Position numbers and translations under genes: made by a program
Part shown: positions 42,777-50,266 of the stretch, piece by piece
How positions within the stretch are numbered: the first letter of the stretch is position 1
Layout: each line of letters begins with the position of its first letter
Notes under the pieces: model-generated
Database searches by the model: none
Seen by the model: the letters and a program-made list of their open reading frames with translations, nothing else
Told to the model about the DNA's origin: nothing
Origin: an uncultured archaeon
Lineage (GTDB): Archaea; Nanobdellota; Nanobdellia; Woesearchaeales; CAIVOO01
Direction of reading: 5' to 3'
Assembly (NCBI GenBank): GCA_903904885.1
Contig: CAIVED010000027.1
Span: 1,558 to 65,557, forward strand
DNA length: 64,000 bases

Positions 42777-43448
42777 ATGGATGTCGAAGAATGCATCAAA
42801 ACGAGGAGGGCCATAAGGAAGTTTCTTGATATTGATTTGCCAAAAGACAAGATTGTTGCAATTCTTGAGGCGGGGAGGATGGCACCGACTGCAGGCAATC
42901 TCCAGAATCATGAAGTAATTGTTGTTACAGACAAGGCATTGAGAAGGGCGGTTGCAGAGGCGTGCCTGCAGCAGTACTGGATTGCCCATGCGCCTGTTAT
43001 CCTGGTTGTTGTCGCAGAGCACGAGGTGCAGAAAATGCACTACGGAAAAAGAGGGGAAACGTATTCAATACAAAGCGCCGCAAACGTGGCAATGAACATG
43101 ATTCTGCAGGCCCATGCGCTCGGCGTTTCCAGCTGCTGGGTGGGCGCATTTGACGAGGAAATGATGAGGCGTTCGCTTGGAATCCCCGGAAAGGTAACTC
43201 CCCTGACAGTGATTCCGCTAGGATATGCGGATGAACAGGTTCCAATTCCGCCGAGAAAATCCTTCTATTCAACAATCTGGCTTGAGCAGTACGGCAACCA
43301 GATAAGGGATGTAAATCTTGCGCTGGGGGAATACGGCGCATTCCTGCAGGGAAAAATAAATAAGGCAAAGGCAGGGACAGAAGAGCAGGTCAGCAGGATT
43401 GTGAGGCATCTGGCCAAGATAATTCCCAAGAAGAAGCCTAAGAAGTAA
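42777..43448 (+). CDS. Nitroreductase family protein
   Basis: TRRAIRKF, APTAGNLQ, LGVSSCWVG, PLGY. Confidence 0.9.
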   Translation: MDVEECIKTRRAIRKFLDIDLPKDKIVAILEAGRMAPTAGNLQNHEVIVVTDKALRRAVAEACLQQYWIAHAPVILVVVAEHEVQKMHYGKRGETYSIQSAANVAMNMILQAHALGVSSCWVGAFDEEMMRRSLGIPGKVTPLTVIPLGYADEQVPIPPRKSFYSTIWLEQYGNQIRDVNLALGEYGAFLQGKINKAKAGTEEQVSRIVRHLAKIIPKKKPKK

Positions 43449-43463
43449 CATCTCTCCTGAAAC

Positions 43464-43754
43464 AAAATTCCGTTTTCTGGTTCTTGCATTACCCTCCAGG
43501 TTTATTCTGCTTCTTTTGCTCGAGTGCCATGCAAGAATAAAACGCAAGAAAATGCTACGCATTTTCTGCGCGCAGAAAATCCCTCTGGGATTTTCTTGCG
43601 TATTAACTGCCGAAGGCAGTTTAAATGCAGGCCTGGCAATCCAGAACAACAGCAAAAGCAAGAAGCTAGTTTAAGCGCAAGAGAAGCATAGCTTCTCTGC
43701 GCGCAGAAAATGCCATAGCATTTTCTTGCGGCCTGCCCAGCAAACGGGATTTTT
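43464..43754. repeat. Dispersed structured repeat, copy B (reverse orientation; twin-hairpin inserts at 43543-43600 and 43676-43730)
   Basis: Reverse complement aligns to copy A outside the inserts; 43676-43730 is the exact reverse complement of 46948-47002. Confidence 0.9.
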
Positions 43755-43774
43755 ATAGCGGAAAATCATGTAAA

Positions 43775-43810
43775 GAAAAAAAAAGAATTCTCCATGCCCC
43801 GGAGGGCATG
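43775..43810 (-). terminator. Hairpin plus T-run downstream of ftsZ
   Basis: CATGCCC-TCCG-GGGCATG followed shortly by a 9-T run on the minus strand. Confidence 0.4.
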
Positions 43811-43993
43811 AAGACCCTTACTGCCTTCATCTCTTAATTTGTTGGGGGTGGTTAAAAAACGAAGGCAAGAAAACGCACCGTGAACCGGTGAGCGTAAAGA
43901 TAATGCCGACTTCATCGGCATTATCAGACTTGCAAATCCAGAGATTTGCAAGTGATTTCTTGCACAAATATCATTAAACCACAAGGTAATTGC

Positions 43994-45070
43994 TTACCTT
44001 ATGATTTCTATCCCAAGCTCCCTGCTTACCTGTACTTGCTTTGTGGACGGCTTGCTGTAGTCCTGCTTTCCAAGTATCCAAGGCGACTGGACTCCTGTTA
44101 TGATTGTCATAACGGTTATCCTGCCCTTCATATCATCCTGGACTCTTGCGCCCCAGATGACATTTGCGTCCTCATCCATTGTCTCGGTTACCAATTCGCC
44201 AATCCTGTTAATGTCGTCAAGCGTCATGTCAGGACCGCCGTTAACCTGGATGATTGCACCTGTTGCTCCTGTGTATGTTATGTCAAGCAATGGGTTTGCC
44301 AATGCTCCTCTTACCGCCTCTTCTACCCGGTTAGTTGTGTCCGAGCTTCCTACTCCAATTGCCGCAACTCCTCCGTTGCTCATGATTGCCTTGACATCTG
44401 CGTAGTCAAGGTTAACCAATGATGGTATTGCAATTGTTTCGACAATTCCTTTGATCATTGTTGAAATCAGTTCGTTTGCAACTGCGAATGCCTGGGTAAC
44501 CGGAAGGTTACCTGCAATCTGGACAAGCCTGTTGTTGTCAATCACAATTACTGTGTCTGACACCTGCCTAAGCTGCTGCAATCCGAATTCTGCCTTGTCA
44601 ATTCTTGCCCTTTCAATCTTGAAAGGCATTGTGACTGTTCCTATGACGATTGCGCCAACATCCTTTGAAAGCTGGGCAATTACAGGAGCTGCTCCTGTTC
44701 CTGTTCCGCCGCCCATACCGGCGCATACGAATACCATGTCAGCGTCCTTAAGTGTTTCCTTAAGCTGCTGAAGTGATTCCTTTGCTGCCTCGGATCCTTT
44801 TTCAGGGAATCCTCCGCATCCAAGACCCTTAGTTACATTTCTTCCCAAAAGAAACTTTCGGTCTGACTCTGTTATCTGCAAGTGCTGCTGGTCTGTGTTA
44901 ACTGCGATGACCTCAGCTCCCTTGACACCTTTCTTGTAGAGCCAGTTAACCATGTTATTACCTGCTCCGCCAACGCCAATAACCTTAATATTAGCCTGGC
45001 CGATGTCAACTCCTTCGAATTGTGTTGTTTGTTCCTGCGCCCTTAAAGCGTTTTGCACCAAAAAGTCCAT
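43994..45070 (-). CDS. ftsZ: Cell division protein FtsZ (FtsZ2-like N-terminus)
   Basis: GVGGAGNN, GMGGGTGTG, NLDYAD; ATG 45070 with GGAGG SD. Confidence 0.97.
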   Translation of the reverse strand: MDFLVQNALRAQEQTTQFEGVDIGQANIKVIGVGGAGNNMVNWLYKKGVKGAEVIAVNTDQQHLQITESDRKFLLGRNVTKGLGCGGFPEKGSEAAKESLQQLKETLKDADMVFVCAGMGGGTGTGAAPVIAQLSKDVGAIVIGTVTMPFKIERARIDKAEFGLQQLRQVSDTVIVIDNNRLVQIAGNLPVTQAFAVANELISTMIKGIVETIAIPSLVNLDYADVKAIMSNGGVAAIGVGSSDTTNRVEEAVRGALANPLLDITYTGATGAIIQVNGGPDMTLDDINRIGELVTETMDEDANVIWGARVQDDMKGRITVMTIITGVQSPWILGKQDYSKPSTKQVQVSRELGIEIIR

Positions 45071-45191
45071 TTTAGTCCTCCCCCAGTTTTGCTCTCTTTT
45101 GGGAAATTGATTTTTTTGTTTTATCGGGATAGCGTGAACTAACGAAAGCTTTATATAGTAGTTCATACTATACTCTATTCCAGAAACAGTT

Positions 45192-45266
45192 ATTTCGTCG
45201 CCAAAACGAAATCGATTTGGTTTAAGTCGCCAAACTTAAACTCGTTGTGTTTCGCCAAAAACACAA
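45192..45266. repeat. Three tandem hairpins sharing the loop CGCCAA
   Basis: ATTTCGT-cgccaaa-ACGAAAT; GTTTAAGT-cgccaa-ACTTAAAC; TTGTGTTT-cgccaa-AAACACAA. Confidence 0.8.
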
Positions 45267-45443
45267 TTTTAATTTTTCTATATATTATATATCTTATATT
45301 TAAACACTTCTGTGAATGAATGTATATTTTGCAGTATACAGATGTGTATACTGGGAGATGAAATACATTCTTTACTGGAGAGTGGTTTTAATAACAAATT
45401 CAATAGAGAAAGTTTTATTACTGAATGAAAACCTCTCAGAAAA

Positions 45444-46157
45444 ATGAAAAACAAGGAATTCTTTTATCTGCAGTATAATAAAATAAACTGGCAGAATCAG
45501 GAGAAGACGAAGATAAATGCTTTGGTGAATAATCATATCATTCAAAATATCATTCTAAAGAACAAGCGCCAAAGTATTAAGATATTTGACATTGGTTTCG
45601 GCATAGGTTTTTTTATGAAAATGCTATCTGAAGCTTTAACCCGATCTTACAATGAGATTACTCTGGCAGGGTGTGAACCTTCCAAAAAGAATTACGATTA
45701 TTTCATTGAGAGAAATTCGCTGAAAAAATTGGAAACATACAACAAAACATTTCAGGAAATAAAAACCAGCAAAAAATTTGATTTCATTACCGCAATTTAC
45801 GTGTTCCCTCATTTCACTTTGGAAGATTTGGATAGTATTGCAAAAAAAATCAATTCTATGCTTGAAACTGCGGGGAAATTTATTCTAGTCGTTGCCAATG
45901 AAAAATATCTAAAGGGAAAGCTAAGAGACAAAAGAGACCTGTTTATAGAAAAAAATACATTTCGGTGGAACGGGAAAGAATATTGGGAGGTCCTGCATTA
46001 TTCGGATATACCTGAGATAGGCAAGGTCATAGACTATAATAGGGAAGAATCTTTTTATATTGACTTGTTTGAAAAGTATAATTTTAGGCTGGCAGAGAGA
46101 AAGAATTTAGACGACAAGGGTTTTATCTGCACAGTATTTGTATTCGAGAAAAAATAA
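45444..46157 (+). CDS. Class I SAM-dependent methyltransferase
   Basis: IFDIGFGIG, GCEPS, FDFITAIYVFPH. Confidence 0.8.
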   Translation: MKNKEFFYLQYNKINWQNQEKTKINALVNNHIIQNIILKNKRQSIKIFDIGFGIGFFMKMLSEALTRSYNEITLAGCEPSKKNYDYFIERNSLKKLETYNKTFQEIKTSKKFDFITAIYVFPHFTLEDLDSIAKKINSMLETAGKFILVVANEKYLKGKLRDKRDLFIEKNTFRWNGKEYWEVLHYSDIPEIGKVIDYNREESFYIDLFEKYNFRLAERKNLDDKGFICTVFVFEKK

Positions 46158-46163
46158 AAGAAA

Positions 46164-46913
46164 ATGCTATCCATAATCGGCATCGGACTGAACGACGAAA
46201 AGGACATAACCCTGAAAGGATTGGAGTTAATCAAGCAATCTGATTTTGTCTACTTGGAAAGCTACACATCAATCCTGCAGTGCGATGTTTCTGCTCTTGA
46301 GAAATTATATGGAAAGAAAATTATTTTGGCAGACAGGACTCTTGTCGAGCAGAAAGCAGAGGAAACGATTCTCAAGAATGCAAAAACAAAAAATGTTTCA
46401 TTTCTGGTTATCGGTGATGCGCTTTCTGCAACAACACACACTGATTTGCTGAAGAGAGCAAAGGATTTGGGAATCAAAGTCAACATTGTCCATAACGCTT
46501 CCATTTTGACAGCTGTCGCTGAAACAGGCCTGCAGCTGTACAAATTCGGCAAGACAACAAGCATGCCGTTTCCTGAGAAGAATTTCCAGCCGGAAACGGC
46601 CTATGAGGTAATTAAAGATAATTTATCATCAGGTCTGCACACTTTGGTGTTGCTAGATCTCCGCCCGCAGGAAAACAAGTTTATGACAGTAAACCAGGCA
46701 ATTAATATCTTATTGGAGATACAGGAAAAAAGAAAGGAAAAAACAATAACTAAAATTATTGGCTGCGCACGTCTTGGAAGTGAAAAACCAACAATCAAAT
46801 TTGGCACAGCAAAAGAACTGAAAGACTTCAACTTCGGCAAGCCGCCCCACTGCTTAATAATCCCGGGAAAAATGCATTTTGCTGAAGAGGAATTTGTTGG
46901 GCAATTCAAATAA
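46164..46913 (+). CDS. dph5: Diphthine synthase
   Basis: IGIGL..EKDITLKG, ESYTS, GDALSATTH, GLQLYKFG, HTLVLLD. Confidence 0.95.
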   Translation: MLSIIGIGLNDEKDITLKGLELIKQSDFVYLESYTSILQCDVSALEKLYGKKIILADRTLVEQKAEETILKNAKTKNVSFLVIGDALSATTHTDLLKRAKDLGIKVNIVHNASILTAVAETGLQLYKFGKTTSMPFPEKNFQPETAYEVIKDNLSSGLHTLVLLDLRPQENKFMTVNQAINILLEIQEKRKEKTITKIIGCARLGSEKPTIKFGTAKELKDFNFGKPPHCLIIPGKMHFAEEEFVGQFK

Positions 46914-46925
46914 ATGTTTCAAACA

Positions 46926-47152
46926 AAAACCTTTTTTCTGGGCAGACCGCAAGAAAATGCTATGGCATTTTCTGCGCGCAGAGAAGCTATGCTTCTCTTG
47001 CGCTTAAACTAGCTTCTTGCTTTTGCTGTCTGCCCCGATTGCCCAGCCTGCCATAAATTGCTTTCAGCAATTAATATCATTTCCTGCATGGCAGTTGAGC
47101 AGAAGAAGCCAAAACAACATCAAATGTAATGCAAGAACCAGAAATCGGTTTT
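46926..47152. repeat. Dispersed structured repeat, copy C (one twin-hairpin insert, 46948-47002)
   Basis: Colinear with copy A; about 80 bp identical to copy B in inverted orientation. Confidence 0.9.
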
Positions 47153-47176
47153 AATTATGCAATTGCCAAGAAATAC

Positions 47177-47749
47177 CTACTTCTGATTTGTAGCTGCTTC
47201 TTCCTCGCATGCGCCTGCGCTGCACTTGCATGTTTCCTTCTCAGAAAATGCCCTTTCATCAGTTGAGCAGTAATATTCCATCAAAGTTTGGTCATCCTTG
47301 CAGTAATCCTCATAGACACGAAGATCATTTGTCAAAACCTTGCCTTTAACCGTGAAATTCATCCCGCCGTCTGTATCGTTGCAGTTTGCATAAGAAACAC
47401 ATGCACCTTTTTGGCAGAACGTTGTATCACCGCACTGGGCAATTGAGCCGCTCTTGTGAATCTCTTTGCATCTCGCCTTTGCCGTTCCGGGATTCTCGCA
47501 CTTTGGCTCGTACAAATCCCCCACAGGATTGTCCTGGAAGCAGTAGGCATTCTCAGCCCTCGGAACCCCGCAGTCTGAATCAGAAGTGCAGGCAATCTTT
47601 GCCGGCGCTGCTGCAGGAGTCTCATTGACCGCTACAGGCTGTGCTGCTGTTGCATTCTGCTGTATCTGCGGCAGATTATCCTGAACCTGCTTCTGGCTGC
47701 ATGCAAAAAGCAGAACAGAAAGAAGAATCATCACGATTATTATACGCAT
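47177..47749 (-). CDS. Cys-rich lipoprotein with CxD[ST]DxG module
   Basis: Lipobox LFAC; CNDTDGG..KG..DYC..LMEYYC..CKC..GAC. Confidence 0.7.
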   Translation of the reverse strand: MRIIIVMILLSVLLFACSQKQVQDNLPQIQQNATAAQPVAVNETPAAAPAKIACTSDSDCGVPRAENAYCFQDNPVGDLYEPKCENPGTAKARCKEIHKSGSIAQCGDTTFCQKGACVSYANCNDTDGGMNFTVKGKVLTNDLRVYEDYCKDDQTLMEYYCSTDERAFSEKETCKCSAGACEEEAATNQK

Positions 47750-48594
47750 TTTCCCTCAAGGCATGAGCACGTGTGCTCCGCATATACACATCTCCCGCTC
47801 ACACAGCTCCATTCCCAGAGCTTATTTACATCAAGGCAGATATCGCCTATGTTCTGCCCGAATCGGTCTGTGCATATTCCCTTAACATTATAGTTTGCCC
47901 CGCCATCGGTGTCTGTGCATCCGCTGTTACTGCTTGAGTTTGATGAGGAGGAATTCCTGCTTGAATTTGAAGATGAATGGGTTGCTGTCGATGACTCATT
48001 TGATGATATGACCTGCTGGGCGCTGAATGTCTGCTTTTTTATGTTGTTGCTCTCATCAGGCTCCTTAAAAGCATTGCCTGAATCCAGGGTAAGGGTAAGC
48101 GCATAAATTCCCTCATTCAGGTTGTATGTATTTCCTATCTTGCTGGTCAGCCCACCGGCATCTATTGTTGTATTGTAGGGATAGTCCTCTGATTTGATCA
48201 CATCATTCCCCTTCATTATTTTTATATTGTAAGCAAAATTTTTTATGCTCTCTGTTCCCACATTCTTGATTTTAAATGAAACATCAAAATCCTCCCCGGG
48301 AAGGGGATAGATTGTGCTCATAAGGAAATTCGAAACTGCCAAGTCTGCTTTAGTTGGTGTTCCCTGGCCCGCAGGAGCTGTTGCATTAGAAGCAGGCGCA
48401 GTACTCTGGTTTGCTGCGGTCTGATTCGCTGTCTGGTTCGAAGAAGGCGCCGGCTGGGCTGCTGTGTTGTTTGAAGGCGCAACTACCGGAACAGTTCCGC
48501 CGCCGTTGGTAACATGGATTACCTTGATTCCCTGCTCCACGCATCCCAGAAGGAATAGCAAAGCAATGCAAACTATTATTATGTGGATACGCAT
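47740..48594 (-). CDS. Lipoprotein with CARDB-like domain and CxD[ST]DxG module
   Basis: LLGC lipobox from ATG 48594; DLAV..IKNVG..DESNN; CTDTDGG module. Confidence 0.7.
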   Translation of the reverse strand: MRIHIIIVCIALLFLLGCVEQGIKVIHVTNGGGTVPVVAPSNNTAAQPAPSSNQTANQTAANQSTAPASNATAPAGQGTPTKADLAVSNFLMSTIYPLPGEDFDVSFKIKNVGTESIKNFAYNIKIMKGNDVIKSEDYPYNTTIDAGGLTSKIGNTYNLNEGIYALTLTLDSGNAFKEPDESNNIKKQTFSAQQVISSNESSTATHSSSNSSRNSSSSNSSSNSGCTDTDGGANYNVKGICTDRFGQNIGDICLDVNKLWEWSCVSGRCVYAEHTCSCLEGKCV

Positions 48595-48929
48595 TGTCCC
48601 TTTGAACACTCGCATCTTATGTTTTTGCTTGTCATCTTGCCGTCTTCGCAATAATATTCAACAAGGAACGGGCCAACGCATTTGTCAGCATAGCCTGTTC
48701 CGCCAACTGTAACTATCCCCTTTACGCTTTGGTCAATTCCGTTATCAGAATCAGAGCATCCTGCCTGGACTGGTGCGCTGTTGCCAAGAGCTGATGTTGC
48801 CTTGCCCTGAACAGGAGCAGATACTGTATTTCCTGAGCAGCCTGTAAACGTAAGCGAAAGCACAAGCGCCATGCTCAACAGCATCAGAATCCATAAAAAC
48901 AGAAAATTTCTCTGAATAGGGTGCATCAT
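48579..48929 (-). CDS. Small lipoprotein with CxD[ST]DxG module
   Basis: FTGC lipobox; CSDSDNG..KG..DKC..LVEYYC..CEC..GQC. Confidence 0.7.
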   Translation of the reverse strand: MMHPIQRNFLFLWILMLLSMALVLSLTFTGCSGNTVSAPVQGKATSALGNSAPVQAGCSDSDNGIDQSVKGIVTVGGTGYADKCVGPFLVEYYCEDGKMTSKNIRCECSKGQCVST

Positions 48930-49094
48930 GGCATAATTTAAGACAAGGGTATATTTAAATATTTCCCTTTAAAAGAGGCTGCAACAGTGCCGCCTAGCGA
49001 AGTTATCCATTTAAACATAAAACTCCAAGTAAATCGGATAGACATCATAATACATATCCAGACGGAGCGCGGCACTGGTAAAAACAGCCAAAGG

Positions 49095-49102
49095 TTTTAA
49101 AA
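49095..49102 (+). promoter_or_regulatory. TATA box in front of the tRNA-Gln 5' fragment
   Basis: TTTTAAAA about 25 nt before 49128, same spacing as the other tRNA promoters. Confidence 0.6.
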
Positions 49103-49127
49103 ACAAGCATAATACAGAATATTTCAC

Positions 49128-49152
49128 AGCCCCGTGGTGTAGTGGTCAAGCA
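49128..49152 (+). repeat. Duplicated 5' 25 nt of mature (spliced) tRNA-Gln
   Basis: AGCCCCGTGGTGTAGTGGTCAAGCA equals exon 1 (50095-50116) joined to the first 3 nt of exon 2 (50142-50144). Confidence 0.9.
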
Positions 49153-49187
49153 AAAATATTTAAATACTCCCAAACTGAATTTATTCA

Positions 49188-50147
49188 ATGAGAATTAAAC
49201 TAAAAAAATTAAAACAAAAAGAACTGATTAATAATTTCAAAAAAGAAAACAGTCTCACCTGGGCAGAACTTTCTGATGTACTAGGCGTCAAAAAGGGGGC
49301 ATTGCTGAACTGGTATTATGAAAGAACACTATTACCCCGTTCAGTTTATAAAAAGATAGACCCAAGAGGCATTTATAGAAAGTTCATAATACAAGAATAT
49401 AGTGAAAAGTGGGGAAAAAGTAAAGGGGGCCACAATTCAAAGGGGAATACTAAGTATGTAAAAGCCCCTCAATATTCCGAAAAATTAGCGGAGCTTGTAG
49501 GAATAATTCTTGGTGATGGAAATTTGAATTTGTACAATAAAAACGGCTTTGGAACTTATTCAATTAGAATAACTGGCGATGCCAACAAAGACGCGGAATA
49601 CTTAAGAGTTTACATACCCCATTTATTTAGAGATATTTTTAACGTAGAAGCAAAAATATACAAACCAAAAAACAATAATGGGTTAGTAGTGCTAGTTCAT
49701 AGCAGGATGGTCCTAGAGCATATGGAAAAAATGGGTTTAAAGAATGGAAATAAGCTTAAAAATCAGATTACGATACCCAAATGGATATGGAGTTCTGATT
49801 CTTATTTGAGAGCATGCACAAGAGGATTAATCGATACGGATGGTTCAATTTATGAGCTTAAAACACACTGGCCAGGCACTTATCAGATAAATTTTGAGAA
49901 TAGCAATATGACCCTACTAAAAGACTTCAGAAAAGCTCTGATTCACATAGGGTTTATTGTATCAAAAATCTGCTCTAACCGGTCCAAGATAAGAGGGAAA
50001 AAGATATATATAACTCGTAAAGACCAGATAGAAAAATATTATAAAGAGATAGGTTCTTCAAATCCTAGAAAGAGAGAAATACTTAAAAGAAGCCAGCCCC
50101 GTGGTGTAGTGGTCAAATTTCTCTCTGAAAAGAAAGACCAGGCATAG
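49188..50147 (+). CDS. Free-standing LAGLIDADG endonuclease with N-terminal HTH; 3' end overlaps tRNA-Gln
   Basis: LTWAELSDVLGV HTH; LAELVGIILGDG and TRGLIDTDG; TTTAAATA at 49159. Confidence 0.88.
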   Translation: MRIKLKKLKQKELINNFKKENSLTWAELSDVLGVKKGALLNWYYERTLLPRSVYKKIDPRGIYRKFIIQEYSEKWGKSKGGHNSKGNTKYVKAPQYSEKLAELVGIILGDGNLNLYNKNGFGTYSIRITGDANKDAEYLRVYIPHLFRDIFNVEAKIYKPKNNNGLVVLVHSRMVLEHMEKMGLKNGNKLKNQITIPKWIWSSDSYLRACTRGLIDTDGSIYELKTHWPGTYQINFENSNMTLLKDFRKALIHIGFIVSKICSNRSKIRGKKIYITRKDQIEKYYKEIGSSNPRKREILKRSQPRGVVVKFLSEKKDQA

Positions 50148-50210
50148 TGGCCTTTGGCAGTCTGAAACTGAAGACAGCCATTGACGGCGGTTCGAATCCG
50201 CCCGGGGCTA
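50095..50210 (+). tRNA. tRNA-Gln(TTG) with D-loop intron (50117-50141) and 37/38 intron (50158-50175)
   Basis: AGCCCCG/CGGGGCT acceptor, GTGGC-CTTTGG|A-GCCAT, GGCGG-TTCGAAT-CCGCC; BHB helices GGTC/GACC and CTTT/GAAG. Confidence 0.9.
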
Positions 50211-50266
50211 TTATTTGCTGTTAAAAAACCCCAAGTATTTTAAAATATGGCTGACTTGGCTCAAAC

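Noticed and set aside
43793-43953. SRP RNA, RNase P RNA or hammerhead ribozyme
   Set aside because: No SRP helix-8 motif, no GAGGAAAGUCC P4 motif, and no CUGAUGA/GAAA core in the right context.
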